A DNA stretch of 64,000 bases from a virus, in the IMG/VR virus record IMGVR_UViG_3300042463_000890, positions 1-64,000 of that record; one strand, written 5' to 3'. Under the pieces are notes generated by a model that worked only from the letters and a program-made list of their open reading frames with translations, made no database searches and was not told the DNA's origin. The translations under genes and the position numbers were made by a program. The number at the start of each line of letters is the position of its first letter. Position 1 is the first letter of the stretch. Shown piece after piece: positions 10,317-20,300 of the stretch.

Positions 10317-11264
10317 TTAAAAATCATCAGTAAATGATAGGGTTTCGTTAAGTTTCGCTTTTTGATACTCAACAGTTCTTGATTCGAAAAAATTACCTTT
10401 TGTTTCTACCGCAATTTGTTCCATGAACTTAAATGGTTGTTCAACATTAAAATGTTTTTTACAACCCATTTTAACTAATAATCCATCTACAACAAATTCA
10501 AGGTATTGTTTCATAAGGTTTTGATTCATACCAATTAGAGAAACAGGTAAAGATTCAGTGATAAATTCTTTTTCAATTTCCAATGCCGATAATAAAATTT
10601 CTTTTATTCTTTTTTCACTTGGTTTATTCTCAACATGATTGTTTAGTAAGTGAATTGCAAAGTCGCAATGTAAATTCTCGTCTTTAAATATAAGAGCGTT
10701 TGCATTACATAAACCTTGCATAATCCCTCTTGATTTCAACCAAAATATTGAACAGAATGAACCTGAAAAGAATATCCCTTCAACCGCCGCAAAAGCAACT
10801 AATCTTTCCTGAAAAGACGCATTCTCAATCCATTCTAATGCCCACTTAGCTTTTTTCTGTACCGCAGGTAATCTATCAATTGCGTTAAAACAATCATCTT
10901 TTTCTTGTGGATTTGACACATAAGTATCAATTAAAAGAGAATACATTAATGAGTGAATATTTTCCATCATTAACTGAAATCCATAGAAGAATTTCGCTTC
11001 AGGATATTGAACTTCCCTGTAAAAGTTTTCCGCCAAGTTTTCATTAACGATACCGTCTGAAGCGGCAAAAAATGATAGTACATTTTTTACAAAGTATTTT
11101 TCATTATCAGAAAGACTTTCCCAATCTCTGATATCATTAGACAAATCTACTTCTTCCGCAGTCCAAAAAGCGGCTTGGTGCATTTTATAATATTCCCAAA
11201 TATCATTGTATTGGATAGGGAATATAACAAATCGGTTAGGATTTTCAATCAAAATTTTTTCCAT
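10317..11264 (-). CDS. nrdB: Ribonucleoside-diphosphate reductase class Ia beta subunit
   Basis: [45 protein letters not shown] and NFFE motifs. Confidence 0.97.
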   Translation of the reverse strand: MEKILIENPNRFVIFPIQYNDIWEYYKMHQAAFWTAEEVDLSNDIRDWESLSDNEKYFVKNVLSFFAASDGIVNENLAENFYREVQYPEAKFFYGFQLMMENIHSLMYSLLIDTYVSNPQEKDDCFNAIDRLPAVQKKAKWALEWIENASFQERLVAFAAVEGIFFSGSFCSIFWLKSRGIMQGLCNANALIFKDENLHCDFAIHLLNNHVENKPSEKRIKEILLSALEIEKEFITESLPVSLIGMNQNLMKQYLEFVVDGLLVKMGCKKHFNVEQPFKFMEQIAVETKGNFFESRTVEYQKAKLNETLSFTDDF

Positions 11265-11266
11265 AA

Positions 11267-12652
11267 TTAAATATTGTTTTTTTGTTCTCTTTGTTTTCTT
11301 TTTTCCATCAAGTCTTTAACTCTTTGACGGTTTTGTTCTTCTTTTTGTTCTTCAAGACCTAAGAACGTTACTGATGATTCAGTATCAATTTCCAACATAC
11401 CATTATCAAACTTACAATTCTCAAACACAATACCATCATCACCAATTCTTGATTTTGTAATTGCGATAGTTGCAAGTTTCATTTCTTTTTGTTGTAGTGT
11501 TTTAGCCACAGATATGATAACGTGACCAACTTGAGCCTTTTTAATAGAGCCTCCCATTTGGTCTGTTGTTACAACCTCAGATGAGATTGAACTTCTATTA
11601 CCTTGTGTTGCGGTCCACCCAACCAAATTAAGTTCATGACACATAGCCTCAAACGCTCTCATGACAGAACCTTCAGATTTCCATTCATCACCTAAATTTT
11701 TATCAGGTACAACACAATCAATGTAATCCAAAAGTATCATATCAATTTTAATCCCATCAGCAATCATTTTTCTGATTTGATTTTTGATTTGTAACATGGT
11801 CATTGTATCAGAAGGTAATTTTTTTAACACAAGTTTATTGTCCATTGTGTCTTTAATTTCTTGTACTTTATTCATTACCTCTTCTTTTTTATTTGACATG
11901 TCGTCAGGATGAACTTTTGTCCAAAGTGTAAAGTGTTTTCTTTGGATAATTTTAGGGTTATCCTCGAAGAAAATTTGAAGTACGTTATAACCTAAATTAA
12001 ATGCGTGGTTTGAAATTTTTGTAAGTAGAGTTGATTTACCAACTCCTGTTGGAGCTAATACTACCCCTATCTCACCTTTAGCCAAACCGCCCTTCAATAA
12101 TCTGTCAATAGATGGTATACCCATTGGGATTGGGTGTCTGAAATCTTCATTTAAAACATCATCTAAATTAGAGAATACGTCAGACATTCCATCTTCTCTT
12201 TCTCCTACTTGTAACGCCTCTCTGATAACAGTTTCTACTGTTTCATAATTTTCAAACTCACCGCCATCGATGACTTTTTGTGCTTTAGTTATTGCCTTTT
12301 GTAACTCTTGTTGTTTACAAAATTTCAATGCTTTATCTTGCACAAAAGAACCTCCATCAATAGGAGCTTCTTTAATTTTGTTCAAAGTATCTAATACAAT
12401 TTTAGAAGCGAGTTCTTGTTGTAATTCAGACTTTGTAATTTGTTCTAATGTTTCGAACGTGGGAGTATGCTCGTATTTTGAATAATACTCCTTTATCATT
12501 TGTGTTATTATTTTGAAGTACTTATTATCAAAATAATTAACATCCATAACATCAATGATTGACCTTGCAAAGTCTTTATCAATGATAATCTGATTCAATA
12601 ATTGAATCTGAAAACTGTTCCCTAAATAATCAAAATTTTTGTTTGTCGCCAT
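11267..12652 (-). CDS. Replicative DNA helicase (DnaB / T4 gp41-like, SF4)
   Basis: Walker [16 protein letters not shown] and WTATQGNR motifs. N-terminal domain typical of phage gp41-like helicases. Confidence 0.92.
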   Translation of the reverse strand: MATNKNFDYLGNSFQIQLLNQIIIDKDFARSIIDVMDVNYFDNKYFKIITQMIKEYYSKYEHTPTFETLEQITKSELQQELASKIVLDTLNKIKEAPIDGGSFVQDKALKFCKQQELQKAITKAQKVIDGGEFENYETVETVIREALQVGEREDGMSDVFSNLDDVLNEDFRHPIPMGIPSIDRLLKGGLAKGEIGVVLAPTGVGKSTLLTKISNHAFNLGYNVLQIFFEDNPKIIQRKHFTLWTKVHPDDMSNKKEEVMNKVQEIKDTMDNKLVLKKLPSDTMTMLQIKNQIRKMIADGIKIDMILLDYIDCVVPDKNLGDEWKSEGSVMRAFEAMCHELNLVGWTATQGNRSSISSEVVTTDQMGGSIKKAQVGHVIISVAKTLQQKEMKLATIAITKSRIGDDGIVFENCKFDNGMLEIDTESSVTFLGLEEQKEEQNRQRVKDLMEKRKQREQKNNI

Positions 12653-12680
12653 ATTTTTTCCTCTATTGTTTTAATAAATA

Positions 12681-13133
12681 TTAGGCCTTAAGAGGAATGT
12701 CCAAGTACTCGTATGTTAATTTTTTGGAAGAAAAAATGTCAGTTAAATCTGAAAGTAGAGTTTTTATGTGCGGACGGATGTCTACGGTGTATCTTATTTT
12801 TGGCGGGAATATTTTAGCATCCATCATTCTATGACAAATTGTCACATCATTTAATTTAATAAAAATTTTAAAGTGTTCTGGACCATCGGTATTTGAGGTG
12901 TCTAACACCGCAGGATTAGAAGCAATCTCATAAGAATTTGCTAACATGTAATCCACGGTTTTCATCTTTAAATCATATTCTAGTAATTCCTTAAAAGTAT
13001 GTAGATACTCATACAATTCCAAAGAGTTTTTAGCCTCAGGATTAAAGTCTCTAACATTGAAAAATCTTTGAACGATAATATTATCGTTAACCATCATAAG
13101 GAATTCCAATTTTGTTGATTCTTGTTCTTTCAT
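12681..13133 (-). CDS. Hypothetical protein (150 aa)
   Basis: Tightly packed ORF in the replication operon. No recognisable motif. Confidence 0.8.
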   Translation of the reverse strand: MKEQESTKLEFLMMVNDNIIVQRFFNVRDFNPEAKNSLELYEYLHTFKELLEYDLKMKTVDYMLANSYEIASNPAVLDTSNTDGPEHFKIFIKLNDVTICHRMMDAKIFPPKIRYTVDIRPHIKTLLSDLTDIFSSKKLTYEYLDIPLKA

Positions 13134-13143
13134 AATTTTTGTT

Positions 13144-14148
13144 TTATTTGTTTTTGAATTTTTTCTTTTCTTTTCTTGTTAATTTTAAAAATGGGGTTAA
13201 AAAATTTACCCAATTATTGTCTCCTTTAGGTAGAAACTTGAAGAACCCATCTTCCATCATCATTCTTATTATATTTCTGTGCCCTCTACCATCAGGGTCT
13301 AAACTTTCAGAGTAATAAAGTTCAACAACTTCTTTGCCTTCTTCAGTTATTAATGGTTTTGATAAATCTACTATTTTTTCATTTATTTCAAAAAATTCAT
13401 CACCATATATACCTGTTTTAGTTTTACCCGTTAGTAAATTATTTAAGACAGTGTTGTTCTTATCTTGTTCAAACAACTCATTAGCTTTTTGTAAAATATC
13501 GGTTATTTTTAAAGGTCGGTCAAGTAACTCAGGAAATAATTTCACTAAAGTTTTTTCACCTAAATAATATATCCCATCGATATTATCCGACTTATCACCC
13601 ATTAAAATTTTACAAATCTTTACGTTGTGATGAGGTACTTCAATGTCATACATTTTTATATTATCACCTTGTTTGTAAAGTTTTTTTGTGTTAGGTGAAT
13701 AAATGGATACTCTATCTGAAATTAATTGTGTGAGGTCTCTGTCACCCGAAAAAATAGTTATTTGTTCATTTTCTGAAATTTGACAATAATATGCAATAAG
13801 GTCATCTGCCTCATTGTTCTCAATGTTTACTTGTCTAATAAACATTTCTTCCAAATATTGTTTAATACGTTCCTTTTGTGTGTTAAAGGAGGTTACTTTA
13901 AACTCATTTGTTTCTTGATTTCGATTTTCTTTATATCTAGGATATATGATTTTTCTACTATTCGAACTCCCTTCTCCGTCCCAAAAAACAACTACTTTAT
14001 CAAAGTTATCTTCTTCAATAAAACGTCTTAAGGTATTTAAAAAGTGCCAAGTACCACCAACATGATTTCCTTCATGAAAGAAGTCCTTGACACCGTGAAA
14101 TCCAATTTTAAGAAGATTATTACCATCAACAAGTAATGTCTTGTTCAT
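13144..14148 (-). CDS. 5'-3' exonuclease / flap endonuclease (PolI N-terminal, T4 RNase H-like)
   Basis: LLVDGNNL, VVFWDG, YKENR, EADDLIA, SGDRDLTQL and LMGDKSDNIDGI..LGEKT motifs. Confidence 0.93.
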   Translation of the reverse strand: MNKTLLVDGNNLLKIGFHGVKDFFHEGNHVGGTWHFLNTLRRFIEEDNFDKVVVFWDGEGSSNSRKIIYPRYKENRNQETNEFKVTSFNTQKERIKQYLEEMFIRQVNIENNEADDLIAYYCQISENEQITIFSGDRDLTQLISDRVSIYSPNTKKLYKQGDNIKMYDIEVPHHNVKICKILMGDKSDNIDGIYYLGEKTLVKLFPELLDRPLKITDILQKANELFEQDKNNTVLNNLLTGKTKTGIYGDEFFEINEKIVDLSKPLITEEGKEVVELYYSESLDPDGRGHRNIIRMMMEDGFFKFLPKGDNNWVNFLTPFLKLTRKEKKKFKNK

Positions 14149-14170
14149 TTTATAATTTTAATTCGGTTTG

Positions 14171-15178
14171 TTACTCTACTTCTTCTTTTTCTGTTTTCAA
14201 TACAAAATCGCCATCAACACCAATAATTTCTTTCCAATATTCGGCGTATTCCGCTTTATATTTTTCTATTGATGATTTTTCTTCAGCCGCGTCTTTACCA
14301 GGTAAAAACCCGTGAGGTGTGACAATTATTTTACCATCTTCAAACCCGAGTCCGTTGATGTGGTTTTTAAGAACCGAAACTTTTGTTCTTGATGCAAACT
14401 TAACAGTTCTTTTATCTTTAGTCGCGGTTATTTTTGTGGTTCCCGCCCCTTTTTGGTTACCAAATAAAAACACTAATGATGAATTTAACCAAATTGCTTC
14501 ACCACCTTTAGCTTTAATCTTTGGTTGTCCAAAAGGATTGTCAGGTAATTCAACCCAAGGTTGGTTAACGATAATCAGAGTATTTTCATATTTTGAGTCG
14601 GCCTTTCTTGAACCTGAGATACGTTGATTGATACCCATACCAATTTTATCTGCCAGTACAGAAGCATTATGTTGTTTTCCTCCTTTACCATCGTAAGTCA
14701 TTTTACAAGGTACTGAACCTACCGAATCCCACATTATACACAATGAATAATCTAATTCACCTTTTTCTTGTGCATCTAATAGTTCATTGATGTAATCAGT
14801 AATCTGTTCAATGTAATCAAAGTTATTGTTAAATAGGAAAAACCCATCCCATCCAATTTCACCTGTTTCTTCATCAACAACTTCATCACACTCTAAACCC
14901 ATTAATTTTGAATGTTCAAAAGACCATTTTTGTTCTGTAATAATAAAAACAGGTAAGATATTTTTTCGTTGAGCGTCAACCGCAGTTTTGATTAGAGCAG
15001 TTGTTTTTCCTGTATCGGAGTGACCTAATAACATATTTAAATGTCCGATAGCGGGGCCTGGTAACCCAACCGCGTCTAAGAACTCAGGACCCAAATCAAA
15101 GTATCTTTGTGGTTTGTATTTTGCCGATGTCGAAAATTTCTTCTTTAACGAAGAAAAATCAGTTTTCTTTATCGCCAT
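14171..15178 (-). CDS. RecA/UvsX-like recombinase
   Basis: Walker A GHSDTGKTT, WDSVG, IIVNQ and KAKGGEA motifs. Confidence 0.88.
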   Translation of the reverse strand: MAIKKTDFSSLKKKFSTSAKYKPQRYFDLGPEFLDAVGLPGPAIGHLNMLLGHSDTGKTTALIKTAVDAQRKNILPVFIITEQKWSFEHSKLMGLECDEVVDEETGEIGWDGFFLFNNNFDYIEQITDYINELLDAQEKGELDYSLCIMWDSVGSVPCKMTYDGKGGKQHNASVLADKIGMGINQRISGSRKADSKYENTLIIVNQPWVELPDNPFGQPKIKAKGGEAIWLNSSLVFLFGNQKGAGTTKITATKDKRTVKFASRTKVSVLKNHINGLGFEDGKIIVTPHGFLPGKDAAEEKSSIEKYKAEYAEYWKEIIGVDGDFVLKTEKEEVE

Positions 15179-15180
15179 AA

Positions 15181-15405
15181 TTAATTGTATTTATAAAATT
15201 CTTTAATTGTTTCTAATTTGTCTTTTGCGGATGCAATTTTATCAACAAGTTTATCCATTTCTTCTATGTGTTGTGGATGTTCTCCAATTCCAACGGGTGA
15301 AGTAAAATAAACAAGTAAAGATGTCTCAGCATCTGCCATTTCAGCTTCGTATTTTTTACACAAAGCGTCATACATTTTTTGTGTAATTTTGTTTTCTTTG
15401 TCCAT
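15181..15405 (-). CDS. Small conserved phage protein (GIGEHP motif)
   Basis: Helical hairpin with PVGIGEHP, a motif I recall from small T4-like phage proteins. Function unknown. Confidence 0.75.
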   Translation of the reverse strand: MDKENKITQKMYDALCKKYEAEMADAETSLLVYFTSPVGIGEHPQHIEEMDKLVDKIASAKDKLETIKEFYKYN

Positions 15406-15425
15406 GTAATTTGTGATTTTTTGTT

Positions 15426-15472
15426 AAAAAAATAAGAACATGGACACTTTGTCTATGTAAGTGTCCATGTTC
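15426..15472 (-). terminator. Intrinsic terminator downstream of the SSB gene
   Basis: 14-bp perfect stem GAACATGGACACTT / AAGTGTCCATGTTC (15436-15472), followed by TTATTTTTTT on the minus strand. Confidence 0.8.
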
Positions 15473-15481
15473 GATTAAATA

Positions 15482-16330
15482 TTAGAACGGCATATCATCG
15501 TCCGCATCATCATTCGCCTGTGGGTCTTCATAAGTTTCTTTTTTTCCACCTATGTTAACTTCAGATTCTTCAGAGTTACTGTAAACGTATCCTCCTTTTT
15601 CACTGTCCCATTTAGGGGTTTCTCCACGAGCAATTGCTTCAAGATATTCTACAGGTTTTTTAGAATACACGTCTTCCCATGTTAATTCATCATTAACCCA
15701 AGAATCAGATGTTTCTTTATCTTCATGGATTGGAGCTGGGTCATCGTACATTACAGTCTGAATTACTGTGTAAACCGCTCCTGTTGGAGTTTTTGCTTTA
15801 GTCAGCTCGAGGATAATGTCGCGACCTTTCTCAGGGTCTGTAATATCACCTTTAGCTCTCCAAATAGGAATAATTTTGTCAAGAATACCTTCATTCTTGT
15901 AATTGTGTTTGAAACGCCAAAACTTAACTCCGTCTTGTTCGTTATCACGGTCAACAACTTTTACAATGTAAAATTTACGAGGTTTATAAGTTGTAGCCAA
16001 TTTTTTGTCACTGTCTTTTCCTGTAGCCATGAGTTCATCATAAACTTCAGTAAGAGGTGAGCGTTCATTGTCATTTTTTCCTGGGTCATAGAATTTTTGC
16101 CATTTACCATCCACTTGAACTTCGTGGAACCATACTTCTTTAAATGGTGAGGACCCGTCTTTTGTTGGTAGGATTCTTAGTCTTTTTTGACCTTGTTTTT
16201 CATTATCTTTGAGGATTGCCGCAAAGTATTTTTTCATTCTTTCATCTTGTGTCATTGAGGAAGAAGATGAGCCTCCTTTTTTTGATTGTTCGTACTGTGA
16301 TAGTACTGCGTCTAAACTGTTTGTCGCCAT
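15482..16330 (-). CDS. Single-stranded DNA-binding protein (T4 gp32-like)
   Basis: RLRILP...PFKEVWFH, DITDPEKGRDIIL and an acidic C-terminal tail ending DDADDDMPF. Confidence 0.85.
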   Translation of the reverse strand: MATNSLDAVLSQYEQSKKGGSSSSSMTQDERMKKYFAAILKDNEKQGQKRLRILPTKDGSSPFKEVWFHEVQVDGKWQKFYDPGKNDNERSPLTEVYDELMATGKDSDKKLATTYKPRKFYIVKVVDRDNEQDGVKFWRFKHNYKNEGILDKIIPIWRAKGDITDPEKGRDIILELTKAKTPTGAVYTVIQTVMYDDPAPIHEDKETSDSWVNDELTWEDVYSKKPVEYLEAIARGETPKWDSEKGGYVYSNSEESEVNIGGKKETYEDPQANDDADDDMPF

Positions 16331-16356
16331 AATATATAGATTTAAATTGTTTACTA

Positions 16357-16385
16357 ATAATAAGTGTCAGCCTTGTGTTTGTCAA
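16357..16385 (-). promoter_or_regulatory. Sigma70-type promoter for the SSB/recombination/replication operon
   Basis: Minus strand TTGACA (16385-16380), 17-nt spacer, TATTAT (16362-16357), about 27 nt upstream of the SSB ATG. Confidence 0.72.
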
Positions 16386-16415
16386 ATAAATTCGGCCTCT
16401 ATTTTTGAGGCCGAA
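16386..16415 (-). terminator. Intrinsic terminator after the proline-rich gene
   Basis: Stem TTCGGCCTC / GAGGCCGAA (16391-16415) followed by TTTATTT on the minus strand. Confidence 0.75.
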
Positions 16416-16418
16416 CTA

Positions 16419-17093
16419 TTATTGTATTCTTTTAAAATTGTCAATTTCAGGTTCTTCGTCTCCAAATGCTCTGAAACTTCTTTTAATCTCATTAGGTGAA
16501 TACCCTTCAACATCTTGTTGTGTTAAAACATACTCATTTTTTCCAGACTTTTCAATGTCTTCTTGTTTATCAACAAAAAAATCACTTAATTTCTGATTAT
16601 AAGGTCCTGAATCTAAACTTCTTAACTCTAATTTTTCTTCAGGTGTCTTAGTTCTATATTTTTCAACCTTAGTTTCCAAATCATTTAATTTGTTCATTAT
16701 CTCATCCATTGCGGATAATTTATTTTCCAAATCGTTTAAATGATTAAACAAAGTATCAAAATATTCTTCTTGTTTTTTCTCAACATTTTTTTGAGATTTA
16801 ACCAAATCAGTTACTTCAATTTCTTTACCTTTCTTATCTGTTTCACCAACCTTTTCAACTTCAGGGTCATTGGCAGTGTCTACAGGTTCTCCTGCGGGTG
16901 GAGGAGGTACTGCTCCTGCATCACCTGGAGGTGGTGGGACTGCTCCTTCAGCTGGCGGTGGAGGTGGTGGTAATGCCCCAGCGTCTCCCTCAGGTGGAGG
17001 TGGTGGTGGTAAGGTGGCTTCTTGCTCGTTGATATAGTTATTTATTTTTCTATATCTTTCAAGTTCTTCAATAATCTTTAAGTCAACTTTCAT
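16419..17093 (-). CDS. Proline-rich coiled-coil protein (224 aa), possibly head-associated
   Basis: Four polyproline runs (PPPPPPEGDAGALPPPPPP...) followed by a heptad-rich coiled coil. Confidence 0.75.
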   Translation of the reverse strand: MKVDLKIIEELERYRKINNYINEQEATLPPPPPPEGDAGALPPPPPPAEGAVPPPPGDAGAVPPPPAGEPVDTANDPEVEKVGETDKKGKEIEVTDLVKSQKNVEKKQEEYFDTLFNHLNDLENKLSAMDEIMNKLNDLETKVEKYRTKTPEEKLELRSLDSGPYNQKLSDFFVDKQEDIEKSGKNEYVLTQQDVEGYSPNEIKRSFRAFGDEEPEIDNFKRIQ

Positions 17094-17099
17094 TTTATA

Positions 17100-17324
17100 T
17101 TAACCGTTTAATAATTGTTTAACTCCAGTTGTAGTTTCAACTTGAATTTTTTTATTTTTTTGGATTGTATTATCAACCCTTTCAATAAGTCCGTCTTTCA
17201 TTCTTATGGTGTAACAGTCTCCTGTTTCCATATCACAAACTTGTTTGGTTCCGTCACCCATATCTTTTTCGGTAACTTTAGTATTTTTACCTAAATAGTT
17301 ATCTAAAATTAATTTTGTACTCAT
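17100..17324 (-). CDS. Hypothetical protein (74 aa)
   Basis: ORF preceded by the TATTTAT motif (17340-17346) and coupled to the next gene. Confidence 0.7.
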   Translation of the reverse strand: MSTKLILDNYLGKNTKVTEKDMGDGTKQVCDMETGDCYTIRMKDGLIERVDNTIQKNKKIQVETTTGVKQLLNG

Positions 17325-17366
17325 AATATTGTTTTTACTATAAATATCTTTGTATGTTAAAAAAAC

Positions 17367-20300
17367 TTATGGTGTAGGTGAAGGTGTTGGGGTAGGAGTT
17401 ATTTGTTCCATAGATTTCCATATATCAATTGCTTTTTGGGCTTTAGCTTCTAATTGTGATAGTGTTGCAGATTGAGATTGTAGTTGATTATACATTGAAC
17501 TACCTTGTGATGTGTTAGCTCCAAAGTTAATCGCCCAAAATTTAAATAAATTAGGACCGTCAATAGATGTTATTTGACTTGTTTTACTTCTCCATCTGTC
17601 AATTAAAACTTTAACGTTATTTGTTAAATCGTCAAATACCGCATAAGATTTTGTGTTACCATCACTTCCTTTCAAACAAAAATACTGTTGGTTATTTTCA
17701 AAATATTGTGATTGGTTCCCCCAATATTGATTTAAATCTATACCAGCGAAATTATTTTCATACGCCTCAAATCCTGTTGAATTTCCTGATTCAAGATAAA
17801 GTGCAACGAATACCGCGTATTTCAATTTACCGTCATCACCGCCAACTGAAACTAATTGTTGTATAGTTCCTTTTACAATACTATAAGCCAATTTTTGTGT
17901 TGTTGGTGTAATTGATACAAATTTAACATACTTCTCAGCCGTTGGGGAACATGTATTTGTTTGAGTAAACTCCTTGCCTCCGTTAGCATTAGATACCGTA
18001 TTGTTAGACTGTGAAATCACGTTACCATTCGCATCCTTTGTTTTATCTTTAGATTTTTCTTTGTTTTTTTCAACAATTGATTTTAGTAAATTATTCTTTA
18101 AAGATTGAAGATAATTATCAATTTTAGGTAACGCGGCAACAGGTTGTCTGATACCCGTGAAATTAGTTTCAAATACCCCAGGTCCTATATTGTGTGTTAC
18201 TTCTAAAATCATGTAAGGACCACTAAACATAGGTACGTATCTTAAATTAAAATACATCGTAGGTTGAATCATTGCATTACCCAACATCTGAACACTACAG
18301 TTGTAACTTCTGTTTTTATACACATTATATAGTGATAAACTTTGAGTCGCCCCTCCTCGATTACCCGCTTGATTAGCCATTTGATTTAAAACCTGTAAAG
18401 ATTCCGCGGTGGCGACTCCACTACCTTGACTAACAGAAAAATTGGTAAATACCCCTTGATTTTGAGGTCCCATATCCACATTAAAACCAACAACTTTATT
18501 TGATTTGTCCCAATCATTTTTGTTTTTTAAATCTTCAACTAATGGATTATCACTCGCCCTTCTTAAATCAAAAACGTCATTTCGGTATCTGTAATCAACA
18601 TTATTTTTTATATCTAATATTTCACTTGGTTTACCTCCATAAAAACAAACTAATTTCGCACTTGATTGTCTATAATCAACGGACATAAAAGTACCAAATA
18701 AAGTATTTGCGAATTCAATACTACCTTCAGCTCTTGGTTTTGGATTTTTAACTGCGTCCTGAACATTGTAGAAATTAACGTATGAAGGTATATTCATAAC
18801 CACAAAATGGTTTTCAACTAAAATTGATTCAACCATCGCCATCATATCCGACTTTGGGTTAATATTTGTTAATCTATTTTTTAACTTGTAGATATCAACC
18901 AATATTTTATCCCCAATATTTCTACTCGCTCTGTCTAATAAAAGTACATCCTCAAAAAATGTTTTTGTACTAAAATCATTACCTGATATCCATTTATCAT
19001 TTAAAGATTTAAAAGATTCCCATAAATCAACTTTAGTTGCGGGTCCTTCCAAATCAGATTCTACTTGTCCTTCAGCAACACTATTAACATTAGGTAGTGA
19101 GGTTTGTAATTTTGGCATTAAGTTGTTAATTACTTTACCGATAAATTCATTAATACCTAATAAGTAATTTGACATTGTTTCGTAAAACTTGTTAAGTCCT
19201 TCTTTTGAATTAGGATTTGGTACTTGAGGATACGTTGGGGCGGGTGAAGATACAAAACTTACAATATATTGTGTATCTCCCGTATTTGTCGCCAAGGCTC
19301 CGTAAACATCAATAATTGTTTCATTAACTAATTCTTGATAAAATGCGGTTGTAGGAGGTCCTATTGTCTCTAATCCTTCAAATAAAACAGTACCTTGGTT
19401 ATTTCTTAAAACAGTATATTTCTTACCGCCCCCAATTTGTATTACACTAATTGTGTCTCCACTGTATAATGTCGCCAATGCAACACTTTGAGCTGGATTA
19501 TTAACAGGTGGTTCTGTTGGTGGTATAGGGTCGGGTTGAAACTGATTTAATTTTTGTGTTGCATAAACTTTAATTATGTTAGAGAACTGAATCACATTAT
19601 CCACCGTAAATGCAATATTTAAATCAACAAAAAAATCAGTAATATAAGAACCATTATTACTATAAACTAATTCAGGTATTTCTGAAAACCCTACATAGGT
19701 TTTTAATGCTGCCCACTCCAACGGATATTGGGTTTGTGAGTCACTCAAAGTAACAGACCCTCCGTTAGTTGGTAATGAATTAGGTGTTGTAGAAGTATAA
19801 CTACCCCACGTATATGGGTCAGTTAATGGTAAATTAGAAAACGTGTAAAATAATTTTTTATCAAAATTACCAGGGTTTCCATATTTAAAAATTACATCAT
19901 AAGTCAAGAAACTTTTTAAAATAGGTTGCATTCTTTTAATCTGTTCTTGTTGTAATTTTTGAACTATTTCTTGTCCTGTATTACCTGTGACAATAGGGAC
20001 TTTCATAAAACTTCTAAACAACATTTGGAAGTTTTTGAATGACTTTTCAGTCTCTGTTAAATTTTCAGAATTATCGGGTTCGTAATCATATATTGATTTG
20101 GAAAAATTTAAAAACTCTTGTTCAAATAAGTCTAATATTTGTTTTTCAAACACCGACAACATCTCACTCATCTTGGTGTACTTAGCTTGAATCCCGTTAA
20201 TCGAGAAATTTTCTTGGATTGATTGTCCTGAAAAAATTTCTTTCATATATTCATCGGGATTTGGTTTTCTTAATCTTCCATTGTCAAAATATCCATAATT

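Noticed and set aside
7874-11264. Eukaryotic giant-virus (NCLDV) origin suggested by eukaryote-like RNR, GT60, PLOD-like GT and papain domain
   Set aside because: Contractile tail, baseplate and neck genes, coupled operons, intrinsic terminators and sigma70-type promoters identify a tailed bacteriophage.
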